Below are positions 19,724 through 29,240 of a stretch of 64,000 nt of DNA, piece by piece. Source of the stretch: an uncultured Verrucomicrobiae bacterium (GTDB lineage Bacteria > Verrucomicrobiota > Verrucomicrobiia > Chthoniobacterales > UBA10450); NCBI GenBank assembly GCA_963735805.1, contig CAVTMK010000002.1, forward strand, positions 1,088,001 through 1,152,000, in the 5' to 3' direction. A model generated the notes under the pieces. That model worked only from the letters and a program-made list of their open reading frames with translations, was not told where the DNA came from and searched no databases. Both the position numbers and the translations under genes were made by a program. Each line of letters begins with the position of its first letter. Position 1 is the stretch's first letter.

Positions 19724-19780
19724 GAGAATCGCACCGATGCCGAAGAATGGCCGACTAAGTTAGGTTACCATTTAGTTACC
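19724..19780 (-). promoter_or_regulatory. putative regulated promoter, copy 1
   Basis: GGTAAC-N5-GGTAAC-N30-TGCGATTCTC-N5-ATG; same geometry at 43839-43895. Confidence 0.65.
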
Positions 19781-19944
19781 TTTTGAATCTTTGGATTATT
19801 GAGCGTTTTCGGGGACTAGCGTAGCCATAGGTTGGTTAAGCGTTTCCGATTTTGCCATTGGTCGCGATTTTCTCGCCGAACGCCGGAGGCATCTTTGTGC
19901 GGAGTCATTAAGCAATCGCCTAGAAGGTTTGTTTCACGAGGGAG

Positions 19945-20029
19945 CGGAGGGGGTGAGATTCGAACTCACGAGACCTTTCGGCCTTCCGGTTTTCAAGACC
20001 GGCGCGATCAACCGCTCTGCCACCCCTCC
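19945..20029 (-). tRNA. tRNA-Ser (anticodon TGA)
   Basis: Cloverleaf GGAGGGG...CCGGT-CTTGAAA-ACCGG, long variable arm, GTTCGAATC, discriminator G; CCA not encoded. Confidence 0.96.
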
Positions 20030-20033
20030 GGAA

Positions 20034-20081
20034 TGTAACCGGCAGCGTTGACGCCGGCTGCGGTCAGCCACCGCGGCTACA
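20034..20081. repeat. GTAG-type REP-like palindrome (intergenic copy)
   Basis: TGTAACCGGCAGCGTTGACGCCGG...CGGCTACA; related to copies at 15016-15077 and 63434-63483. Confidence 0.7.
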
Positions 20082-20193
20082 ACGTGCCATCGCCCGCAGC
20101 TTGGGCAAGCTGACTCCTGTTGTCGTGCGATTCGAGTTCGCTGCTTCGAACAATTTTCCTCGACGCGTCGATATGTTCATGTGAACTTAAACC

Positions 20194-21297
20194 GTGCCTA
20201 AGAAGTTTCGACCGATTGTCCAAGAAACCGCGCAAAGCCGCGCGCCCATTCGCGGGCGTGGCGCATCGTGGAGTCCGGCGAACCGCTTCGAAAAGCTGTA
20301 TGTCGATCTAAACGATCCCGATGTTGTCGACGAGGATTTCGAAACGGAAGAGCGACCGCGACCCGGCACACAATATTTTCGCGACGGCACCAAATCGATT
20401 ATCACTCGTAACAACAGTCCTGATGTGGGGTTTGAGACGAGCCTGAATCCGTATCGGGGCTGCGAACACGGTTGCATTTATTGTTACGCACGGCCGACAC
20501 ACGAATATCTCGGTTTGTCCGCCGGATTGGATTTCGAAAGCAAGATCATGGTGAAGACGAACGCAGCTGAGCTATTGCGTGCCGAACTGGAGTCGCCGCG
20601 TTGGCAGCCGCAGACCCTGGTGATGAGCGGAGTGACCGATCCATATCAGCCGGTCGAGCGAAAGTTACGCATCACTCGCAGTTGCCTCGAAGTACTGGCT
20701 AAATTTCGCAATCCGGTAGCGATCATCACAAAGAACCGTTTGGTTACGCGCGACATCGATCTGTTAGGCGATCTCGCGTCCCATAATGCAGCGGCTGTCA
20801 ACGTTTCGGTGACTTCTCTGGACTCGAATTTACAACGCGTGCTGGAGCCGCGCACTTCGTCACCTCAAGCGCGTCTTGACGCGATTCAACAACTTCGCAG
20901 CGCAGGAATTCCGGTTGGCGTGATGGTTGCGCCGATCATTCCCGGCCTCACCGATCACGAAGTTCCAGGGATTCTCGATGCCTGTGCAGACGCGGGTGCG
21001 CAATTTGCCGGTTATACAATTGTCCGTCTACCATGGGCGGTAGCGCCATTGTTCGAGCATTGGCTCGAGGAACATTTCCCCGAGCGGAAAGAGAAGGTGA
21101 TCGGGCGCATCCGAAATTTGCGAGGGAACAGACTGAATAACTCCAAGTGGCACACGCGCATGACCGGGGAAGGCATCTTTGCCGAACAAATCGCGGCACT
21201 GTTCAGGGTCGGTTGCCATCGTGCAGGCATTGGTAAGCGGCCCAAACTTTCACTGGCGGCGTTTCGGCGGACAAAAGAACAATTAAATTTGTTTTAA
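20194..21297 (+). CDS. radical SAM protein, PA0069/SPL-like family
   Basis: NPYRGCEHGCIYCYAR (CxxxCxxC), GLDFESKI, TDPYQP, LEPRT. Confidence 0.92.
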   Translation: MPKKFRPIVQETAQSRAPIRGRGASWSPANRFEKLYVDLNDPDVVDEDFETEERPRPGTQYFRDGTKSIITRNNSPDVGFETSLNPYRGCEHGCIYCYARPTHEYLGLSAGLDFESKIMVKTNAAELLRAELESPRWQPQTLVMSGVTDPYQPVERKLRITRSCLEVLAKFRNPVAIITKNRLVTRDIDLLGDLASHNAAAVNVSVTSLDSNLQRVLEPRTSSPQARLDAIQQLRSAGIPVGVMVAPIIPGLTDHEVPGILDACADAGAQFAGYTIVRLPWAVAPLFEHWLEEHFPERKEKVIGRIRNLRGNRLNNSKWHTRMTGEGIFAEQIAALFRVGCHRAGIGKRPKLSLAAFRRTKEQLNLF

Positions 21298-21398
21298 CCG
21301 TAGGTTACGAACCAGCGGCGATTGTGCCAACTGGTCTACATCTTCGGCAGGATCGCCTCCAACTCGACTTCGACAAACTATCGAACGCGACTTCGGGG

Positions 21399-21939
21399 TT
21401 ACTGGCCCCTTTTGATACCTACGGAGTGAACTGTTCGTTGTAGTTCTTCGCCGCTGATGCGGACGATGTTTAGAGTACTGGCGTCCGCCGCCCAGGCTCC
21501 GCTGTCATCCACCTCGACCCACCGACCAGGCAGACGACTCCCACTAAACGCCGGAATCCATACCCAGTGCCTTCCTTTCTTTGCCGCGACAGACGGGTGC
21601 CAAGCCTGAGGTTGGTGTCAGATCAAAGTTCAAGTGTGTCGGCTCACCCAATTCGACCGTTGTATTGTTAATAGACGTTTTGACAGCGCCATTTACAACC
21701 AATGTAATTCGATATGTGCCTGCCGGGAGACCAGCTGAAGCATAGTGGCCGTTTACATCCGTTTTAACTGTTTTGATCAATCTCTCACCATTTCTCGCTT
21801 CGATTCGAACAGAAGCGCCTGTTATCGGTTCACCCTTTGCGTCCCTGACGACCCCCAGAATACTTGATGGTTCGGCCCAGACGCTTGCAACAGAAAGAAC
21901 CAATCCTACGAAACCTATCCCAATGGATTTAATATGCAT
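21399..21939 (-). pseudogene. secreted carboxypeptidase-regulatory-like domain protein, frameshifted near 21600
   Basis: G.VRDAKGEPITGASV..LPAGTY beta-sandwich; a protein-like continuation KKGRHWVWIPAFSGSRLPGRWVEVDD... lies in a shifted frame ending at TAA 21401-21399. Confidence 0.65.
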
Positions 21940-22283
21940 AAGAAGTGTTACGCGTAAGTAGGGTAACAAAACAAGACCCAGTTATTGAAATCCAATAAGA
22001 CCAGTTCCTGTGTTGATTCGGGTCGCGCTAGTTATGGTTGCCACGAAATGATGGAACGAGGACTGCGACCCCGCACGAAGTGCGAACAGGCACTTAATGG
22101 AGACCGCTTTACGTCAGAACACCACCCCCATTAAGTCCCCGTCTAATTCCCAAGCTCCTGCTAGCGAAATTTCCTGGCTGTGAGCCCGATTAGTTACCAA
22201 CGGCCCGCTGCCCAGGATCGCCCATGCAAATAATTTCGCGTGTCGATGCCCTTTGGATTGAGTTGTCGGAAATCCTAACGCCT

Positions 22284-22330
22284 TAGAATCGTTTCTGATT
22301 ACTGGCTGCCGAAACGATCCGGCCACGATC
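22284..22330. repeat. 47-bp direct repeat, copy A
   Basis: 40/47 identical to 22589-22634. Confidence 0.75.
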
Positions 22331-22352
22331 CCATCAACGATTCTTATTAGTA

Positions 22353-22559
22353 GTGAGAGAGTTGGAACTTGCGGCTCAAATTCGCCGCGAATTGGAACGC
22401 GGCGAACAGTGCACCGTTTACGAGTTTGAATTAATCCGCGTCTGGCCACTTGATGAGAAAGATCGCGAGTCGAAGATCGCTCAGTTTGCAAAGGAACATG
22501 GATTCCATCTGCGATTTTACCGCATCGGATGGAGCGCCGTCTTTGACAAGGCGCGTTGA
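22353..22559 (+). CDS. small hypothetical protein
   Basis: 68-aa ORF with protein-like composition, between the two repeat copies. Confidence 0.55.
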   Translation: MRELELAAQIRRELERGEQCTVYEFELIRVWPLDEKDRESKIAQFAKEHGFHLRFYRIGWSAVFDKAR

Positions 22560-22588
22560 AAAAGCCCGGCCTGCTTCTGTGGCCGCGC

Positions 22589-22634
22589 TAGAATCGTTTT
22601 TGATTGCCGGATGGCGAACGATCCGGCCATGATC
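22589..22634. repeat. 46-bp direct repeat, copy B
   Basis: 40/47 identical to 22284-22330. Confidence 0.75.
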
Positions 22635-22645
22635 AACAAGGACAA

Positions 22646-22804
22646 ATGAAAATAATACTGATGTTGATCGTCGGGCTGATGCTCGCAGGTTGCGGATCAA
22701 TGGAAAACCATGTTCAAAAGCATGGCGTCACCTCAACCTACGGGCCCGATTTGCAGGATCGCGGTAACCGTATTGCGGTGGACACGATATGCGCTTGTCC
22801 TTGA
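22646..22804 (+). CDS. small putative lipoprotein
   Basis: AAGGA RBS; MKIILMLIVGLMLAGC lipobox. Confidence 0.5.
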   Translation: MKIILMLIVGLMLAGCGSMENHVQKHGVTSTYGPDLQDRGNRIAVDTICACP

Positions 22805-23036
22805 GTCGAAGCAGACGGGCCGCTCCTATGAGCAATTTGCTGCACGTTTACGAAGTTCGACTACACAAAGAGTTACGAGATTCGGCCACGATGTGATAAA
22901 AGCGGCTTTGATGTTTCCGTCGCGCCATTCGTTAGCTTGTGGCATCGTTCAGGCGTCGCGCGTCCACTCGGCAAGTGCAATTCGGCAATCCAGACACTTT
23001 ACGGCTCACGGCGCTCTGTGATTCAATCCCGGCGCG

Positions 23037-23258
23037 ATGAAACGAACTCTTTCAGCAATTGTAATCGCTGTCCTGCTCTCGCTGATGTTTGCGCCCCACA
23101 GCGGAGGCGGACGCAGTCTTTTTCGGTTTGCGAACTATGCCCACGGACCGTTCTTCATCATGCCCAGCCACGTCGACGGAAGGCAACTTGTCTTGCAGAC
23201 GATCTTCCTCGCCGTCCTGTTAGCGGTGATCGTGAATCTGGTGCCGCGCCGAAAGTGA
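23037..23258 (+). CDS. small membrane protein
   Basis: Two hydrophobic helices at the termini. Confidence 0.55.
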   Translation: MKRTLSAIVIAVLLSLMFAPHSGGGRSLFRFANYAHGPFFIMPSHVDGRQLVLQTIFLAVLLAVIVNLVPRRK

Positions 23259-23423
23259 AAGCGAACCACGTTTACGAAGCGCGCCCGCGCAAAGCATTCA
23301 ACCAATGACGATCTAAGCCCCGCAATATCAGGCGACTCCGCATTCCTTGCGAAATAAGTTCAGCTTGTTTCCGCGTTGATGGTTTACATAAAAGGATGGG
23401 CGATATAATAACTGATAAGTGAT

Positions 23424-23909
23424 ATGGCGACGGTCGATGGCGACGCCAAAGGCACGGATGCCGCTCATGACGGCGTGCTCACCCGTCATCCGCTGTTCTT
23501 CTTTTTCCTTCTCTCCTTCACGTTTACCTGGGGCTACTTTTGGCTGATATGGACGCCCTTGCGACTGCCCGACTCGTTCATAGCGCTTGGTGGGTTCGGG
23601 CCAGCCGCCTCAGCCTTCCTCGTGCTAGCTCTCACCTCAGGGAGGCCCGGAGTGCTGCGCTTGTTGCGCAGCATCGTGCACTGGCGAGTTGGCGCGCCAT
23701 GGTACCTGGTAACCCTCCTTGGCCTTCCCGTTCTGAATTTTTTGGCTTTCCTGGAAGTTTCGATTGTTTACGGTGCTATCCCATCGCGGCGATTATGCTT
23801 TTCGCATTGGCAAGTTCTAGCCGTGGAAAACCGGGGTTCTAACGCTCCGAGCATAACATCGCACGGTCCTTGCTACTGCGCGATCTCATCATCCCACTTA
23901 GCACGGTAA
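23424..23909 (+). pseudogene. truncated CPBP/Abi (CAAX protease-like) membrane protein, N-terminal part
   Basis: RHPLFFFFLLSF..TW, FGPAASA, LLRSIVHWRVG..WY; no EExxxR motif; sequence degenerates after about 23755. Confidence 0.6.
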
Positions 23910-24082
23910 AGGAGGTGTTACGTGCGATGGCGCACAGCGTGCGCGTGCTGTTCATGCGAGCATGTCCACTGCTGAACGTCAGGCTGGCACTCAATCACTT
24001 CTTTGCTCGCGAAACGTCTTTTTTACCAAGGACATTCGATACAATGATGGATTAGAATTACCATTAAAGGAGTGAAGGACAC

Positions 24083-24277
24083 ATGAAACAACACGAAGTC
24101 ACCGTTCCTCAAATCGGTCTCATCGCTGGCACGCGTGCAATGCTCGGCGCTGGCATAGCGCTTTTGGTTTCTGAGAAACTGACCACCGAGCAGAGGCGAG
24201 CAATCGGTTGGACGCTGGTTGCCGTTGGCGCGTTAACCACGATCCCACTCGTGCTGCAATTGTTCAGTGACGAATGA
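24083..24277 (+). CDS. small membrane protein
   Basis: AAGGAG/AAGGA RBS; LIAGTRAMLGAGIALL..RRAIGWTLVAVGALTTIPL. Confidence 0.75.
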   Translation: MKQHEVTVPQIGLIAGTRAMLGAGIALLVSEKLTTEQRRAIGWTLVAVGALTTIPLVLQLFSDE

Positions 24278-24336
24278 TCGCGACTTGGCCCGGCTGTGCG
24301 CCGATGAAAACCTGACGGCGTTTCTCGAACTCGAAA

Positions 24337-24594
24337 TTAGTGATCCATCGATTGCCACTTTTTAAGCGGCATCGGAAATTTGATAATTTTCGTTTCGAGT
24401 TCTGCCTCAGCTTCGCATTTCCCGATCAATGACTCGACAGCTTCGTAGATGACATCGGCGACCTCCACATGCTTTCGCTTCGCTTCCTTGCTAAGCGATA
24501 GCAGCGTTGCTTGGTCAAGACGATCGAGCGCCCAGCAGCCTTCAAGGACGAATGGCGTAACATTACTGGGTCGTGTTTTTGAAGTGGTTTTCAT
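24337..24594 (-). CDS. small hypothetical protein
   Basis: MKTTSK...TKIIKFP; helical, charged; start uncertain. Confidence 0.45.
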   Translation of the reverse strand: MKTTSKTRPSNVTPFVLEGCWALDRLDQATLLSLSKEAKRKHVEVADVIYEAVESLIGKCEAEAELETKIIKFPMPLKKWQSMDH

Positions 24595-25132
24595 GTCATC
24601 GGTTTCCGCTGCTCTCCGCACGCGCACAAGAAACTTCTGCCAAACAATTGTGTGACCAAATTGCGACAGAGTACAGATACATCGCCCTTTTTTATCGCTT
24701 GTGGCAGTTCGAGCAGGAGTAAGCCGAAAACGAAAAATCGGTAGTCGGCTAGTCCGTAGATTTTGCTTGAAGAGTGCTGATCAAATCGCGTAGGCAACCC
24801 ACATGAAGCCTCTACCTCGTACGCTCGTTGTTTTGCTTGCGTGTGCATTTCTGTGCGGCTGCTGTTCCCTGGACTGTCGCAACAGAAATCCCGGACGCGA
24901 GGACGGTTCAGATGAAAGGTTGTCGGGTTCTGGGGCATTAGCCTATGTGACCTTAGTCGATTAATTATTTCTGCGATTGACCGTCAGGCGGTCGGTTGGG
25001 TAGCCTTAAATTCCAGTGGGGCAATCAGGTTTGAAGTTTCATTTCACTGGTGCGTCTTCACTGCAAAATGCCAAATATCGGCACAATTCATGCCATGCAG
25101 CCTTTAATCGCTTTCCCCTCGCAACGCCAGGA

Positions 25133-25798
25133 ATGGTTACGGTAAAACTTCGCATATTTGGGTTTCTTGCCGTTGTCCTGGTGGGGCTACTCTTTTCTTC
25201 CTGTGCGGTGGCCCCCCGACGCATCGCCCCGGCTGGCGCCGGTGCGGCCGAATTGAAAATCACGCAGGACATCATTCCCCCAGGGCAATGCGGACGTCCC
25301 TTGCATCGCCCGATGCGTCCAACATTTATCACTATTCATTCGACCGACAATAGGTCTCGTAGCGCTGACGCATTGAATCACGCGCTCGCTATGAACAAGG
25401 GGTTCCGAGCCCGTCACAATCGCACTGGATTTCTCACTTGGCATTTCACTGTGGACGATCATTCCATTTACCAAACTCTCCCGACTAACGAAACCGGAGA
25501 GCATGCTGATTATGAAGGCGAGGGAAACAGGTCGTCCATCGGGATCGAAATGTGTGTAAATCGGGGTAACGACCTTGGCGTCACCATCGATCGCACCGCG
25601 CAACTCACAGCCAGGCTGATGCGTCAATATGATATCCCTCTCGACCATGTTGTCCCGCACATGCACTGGCGCATGATCCGTTACAGCGACGGACGCGATT
25701 TAGGGTACAAAAAATGCCCGAGACTTCTGCTCGATGGCGGTCGTCTTGGTCCAAAATGGAGTGCATTCATCGCCAAAGTCTCATTTTATGCACGATGA
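25133..25798 (+). CDS. N-acetylmuramoyl-L-alanine amidase (Amidase_2), lipoprotein
   Basis: ITIHST, WHFTVDD, GNRSSIGIEMC, VVPH, KKCP; LFSSC lipobox. Confidence 0.88.
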   Translation: MVTVKLRIFGFLAVVLVGLLFSSCAVAPRRIAPAGAGAAELKITQDIIPPGQCGRPLHRPMRPTFITIHSTDNRSRSADALNHALAMNKGFRARHNRTGFLTWHFTVDDHSIYQTLPTNETGEHADYEGEGNRSSIGIEMCVNRGNDLGVTIDRTAQLTARLMRQYDIPLDHVVPHMHWRMIRYSDGRDLGYKKCPRLLLDGGRLGPKWSAFIAKVSFYAR

Positions 25799-26144
25799 GG
25801 TCGGCAACGACGGCAACCGTGGCCGCGTCGCTAAGTAACTCATGCGTTATGATGATATCGCCTTCGTCACAAGTCAGAACCCGTCGAGCCATCTCCTAGT
25901 AACAAAGTTCATCCGGCTGGAGCTTGAGCTATCTGTTCAGCTATACATCCGCAATATCATCGCCAACGACGATAGCAACGCGACGCCAATGAAGGTTAGT
26001 ACGCCCGCGGCCACAATGCCGGACCGGAACTTGTTGTAGCTCTATCTATCATGAAGGAATGCTAACAGGTCGCCATTCCTGTCTATCGTCCCACCGGATT
26101 TGATCGTAACCTTGATCGTACCCGCCTGCCGCAATCCGTTGCAA

Positions 26145-26579
26145 TTACGGCTTGGTAGTCGTTGTGGTAGTTTCTTTCGTCTCGTAAGACGACAGAGGTT
26201 TTGCCAGCGTTACCTTGGTCACGACCATCCGGTCGCCTTCTTTCGTGTAAGTGTATGTCACTGGCATGTCTGGCTTGAGCGCGCTCCACTCCACCGTGCG
26301 GCCTTCAGGGTCAACGAGTACTGTCTTTTTGGTATAGTAATACTTCACCGGAGTGGTGTTCGATTCCGTGCGGAACATAATATAGTCCGAGCCCGGCGTA
26401 TAAGCCGTGATCGTGCCTGAGCCGTTAAGCGTACTCGTGCTTGTCGTGCTCTCGCTCACGCCCGTTGTACCTCCTGTAGTTGTGGTTGTAGTTGAAGTTT
26501 CCTGCGCGAAAGCTGTACTCAATGCGACCGCGCCGGCCGTGCCAGCGGCCAATAATTTCACTAATGTAGTTTGTTTCAT
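26145..26579 (-). CDS. secreted Thr-rich small protein
   Basis: Signal peptide (AFA/Q), poly-Thr tails, central beta-rich domain. Confidence 0.8.
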   Translation of the reverse strand: MKQTTLVKLLAAGTAGAVALSTAFAQETSTTTTTTGGTTGVSESTTSTSTLNGSGTITAYTPGSDYIMFRTESNTTPVKYYYTKKTVLVDPEGRTVEWSALKPDMPVTYTYTKEGDRMVVTKVTLAKPLSSYETKETTTTTTKP

Positions 26580-27029
26580 ATTTGTTTTTACTTTATTAAA
26601 CGGACGTTCTCCGTGGTGCTTGTTTACGACCTGCCTTATCCGAAGTTTATTCAGTGCCCATCATGAATCGGATGGCACCTTGTATCCACGCGTTTCGGTC
26701 TCCTGGTTACGAAAGGCCAAATAGGGAATCACCCCGAAAATTGAATTAACGGTTCACTCTCATTTTCGCAAAACACCGGGCCATTTAGTAAGCAAGGGAA
26801 GCGAGCTAGGATTTTGCCTTATAAGCTACTCAGTTATCCGCCTGATAGAGTGATCGATTGGAGGCGAGGAATGTGTTCACTCCCGGTCTTTCGCCATCTG
26901 CTCGAGGGAACCAAAAGGGATAGGCCTTACGAATCTGTTGGGAAATAACCAGATTCTGGCACGAGCAATTGCTCAGTAAGACGCAGGGGGATTTGAATAA
27001 ATAACAACGAAAACCGACGAACGAATAAC

Positions 27030-28076
27030 ATGAAAAAATTGATGACAATATTGATTAGCTGTTCGCTGACGCTGGCCGGAGCCGCTTTGGCACAACAGCC
27101 CGTCGAACACCAATCACCATCAAAGAACAAGCACGTTCCTGAGAAAGCGCACGCGACTCAAGCACAGCCGAAGCCGAATGCGGCGAAGCACGAGGCGCCC
27201 GCTGTGACGAAGCAGGGAGCGACCAAGGAACACTCGGCTACGAATGAACCTGGTGCGATGAAAGAACATGGAACCCCGCATGAACACGGAGCCACGAATC
27301 ACACCGATGCAGAACATGGGCAAAAAGGTCTAGAAAACCATAAGTCCACCGCCAGTCCGAAATCGGATGTTTCCGGTGAATCGACGGTTGCGCAGACGCC
27401 CACTGCCCGGCAACAGCGAGTTGAAGAACGGAGAAAAGCAAAAGGCGGCGTCGCGGCAGCAAAGACATCTACTAATCCGTCAGCGCCGAACGCAGGTGCC
27501 GCAGGTGCGATAGGCCAGCAAGATGTGCAGGCTAAAGCAGGGGCCAAGGCGAAGAGACCGGCTCCGGAGCAGGTGCAACAGATCAAATCGCAGCACGCGA
27601 ACTTTCGTGCGCAACCAAGGCCGCAGCAGGTTCCGGGGGTCACCTACAGCCAGAATTATCACATTCAAGGGAGCGAACATTGGCAGGGTCCGCAATATGA
27701 AGTATTCCGCTCGTATCATCCGGAATGGCACGATCAGGGCTGGTATCGGTCCCATTACAACCGCGTGGAGCTGATCGGTGGCGGTTACTACTTCTGGAAC
27801 AACGGCTACTGGTATCCGGCATGGGGTTACAGTCCTTCGGAGCAATATTATGCCTACGACGGACCGATCTATGTGGGTCACACTGCTGAGCCGCCGGACA
27901 AGGTTATTGCAGACGTGCAGGGCGTGCTACAACAGATGGGCTATTACAAGGGCGAAGTGGATGGATTGCTCGGGCCGCTGACCCGTGAGGCGCTGGCAGC
28001 TTACCAGGCCGACCAGGGGCTTACTACGACAGAGGCAATCGACGAGCCGACGCTCGATTCCCTCGGGATGAGCTAA
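27030..28076 (+). CDS. secreted protein with Tyr/Trp-rich region and C-terminal peptidoglycan-binding domain
   Basis: Signal peptide; VQGVLQQMGYY.G.VDGLLGPLTREALAAYQ..QGL. Confidence 0.85.
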   Translation: MKKLMTILISCSLTLAGAALAQQPVEHQSPSKNKHVPEKAHATQAQPKPNAAKHEAPAVTKQGATKEHSATNEPGAMKEHGTPHEHGATNHTDAEHGQKGLENHKSTASPKSDVSGESTVAQTPTARQQRVEERRKAKGGVAAAKTSTNPSAPNAGAAGAIGQQDVQAKAGAKAKRPAPEQVQQIKSQHANFRAQPRPQQVPGVTYSQNYHIQGSEHWQGPQYEVFRSYHPEWHDQGWYRSHYNRVELIGGGYYFWNNGYWYPAWGYSPSEQYYAYDGPIYVGHTAEPPDKVIADVQGVLQQMGYYKGEVDGLLGPLTREALAAYQADQGLTTTEAIDEPTLDSLGMS

Positions 28077-28111
28077 TAAGAAAGTAAAAGATTAGAAAGT
28101 CAGATTCGAAG

Positions 28112-28153
28112 AGCCGCCGGGGCGCACTAATTTCTCGGCGGCTTTTCTGTTTT
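28112..28153 (+). terminator. intrinsic terminator
   Basis: AGCCGCCG...CGGCGGCT stem followed by TTTCTGTTTT. Confidence 0.7.
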
Positions 28154-28358
28154 ACGCGGCAGGAGTCGAGCATAAGGCGTTCGTCGCGGAGCAAGGTGAC
28201 AGGAACAAAAAGCGGCTATCACACAGCTAAAGCAGGACTTCAATCTGCTGATCTGCCCGGCTGATACAGAGCCGTTGCCGGTGATCTCGAATGCGATCAA
28301 GCGCGGTCCGTTACAAGCAAAATCTTACAAACAGCTGTAATTTACCTATGAAAAGCAT

Positions 28359-28433
28359 TGGCAGCGCGTACGGGAGTCGAACCCGTGTACCAGCCTTGAG
28401 AGGGCTGTGTCCTAACCACTAGACGAACGCGCC
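28359..28433 (-). tRNA. tRNA-Glu (anticodon CTC)
   Basis: GGCGCGT...CAGCC-CTCTCAA-GGCTG...GGTTCGACTCC...ACGCGCTGCCA. Confidence 0.96.
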
Positions 28434-29096
28434 AAAGGACGAGATGCGTTTAGGAATACTGCAATGATTCTGGGGTGGCAAGGTAGCCGATCCAAACCGC
28501 TTTTTGCGTTTTTCCTTCTTCTTATGTTTGTCTACGGGTTTCTTGGGAGTCCCCGCGGGGGTCGGCGTCGGAGTCGCACCTTCCGGCGTAGGCGTAGGCC
28601 GCACGCGCGGCTGATCCAGCAACACCTGGTGAGACGCTTTCAATGCTTGTAACGCCAGCTTGATTTCCGGGGTGCTAGCCAGGGCGGACATACGCTCGTA
28701 ATAGATGTTGTAGTAATTGCGAAGTCGATTTCGCTTTTCCAGATCAGTCCGTGCAGTCTGCGCGTATGCCTTGGCTGCCCGTACCGCTGGATCATTTACC
28801 GTCCGGTTTTTTAGCTGGCGCCATTGGATATGCAGGCGGGCCAGATCGGCCTCCGGTCCAAGCGACCTCGGCTTTGAAAAATTCTGGTCAAGCTGAGATA
28901 TCTCAGGCAACTCGGGGCCGTTAGGGGGTTCGAGTGAGGGAGTCGGTTCGAGCTGGGGCTGCCCTTCATATAAATCGACAGACGGAGGAGCGGCGTCCTG
29001 TCCATGTAGGTTTAGCAAAGCAGCGGCCAACGCTGCTGAGATAATCAACCCGAATAGTTTCATTCCCGACTTTGCCGAAGTGTAACGAACCATCAC
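28419..29096 (-). CDS. secreted hypothetical protein with Pro/Thr- and Lys-rich tail
   Basis: Signal-like segment and helical core; 3' end overlaps tRNA-Glu by 15 nt; start uncertain. Confidence 0.65.
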   Translation of the reverse strand: MMVRYTSAKSGMKLFGLIISAALAAALLNLHGQDAAPPSVDLYEGQPQLEPTPSLEPPNGPELPEISQLDQNFSKPRSLGPEADLARLHIQWRQLKNRTVNDPAVRAAKAYAQTARTDLEKRNRLRNYYNIYYERMSALASTPEIKLALQALKASHQVLLDQPRVRPTPTPEGATPTPTPAGTPKKPVDKHKKKEKRKKRFGSATLPPQNHCSIPKRISSFGAFV

Positions 29097-29107
29097 GATG
29101 AGTTCAT

Positions 29108-29182
<75 letters not shown>

Positions 29183-29240
29183 AATCGAGCGAGACTATTA
29201 TCACGATTCCGCAGGTTGCGCATCCGCAGGCTTGAATGCA

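Noticed and set aside
19945..20029. tRNA-Sec (selC) candidate, given the long variable arm and nearby Sec codons
   Set aside because: The anticodon is TGA (reads TCA, Ser), not TCA, and the acceptor stem is a normal 7 bp.
26957..26973. Sigma-54 promoter TGGCACGAGCAATTGCT upstream of 27030
   Set aside because: GG to GC spacing is 11 nt rather than the strict 10.
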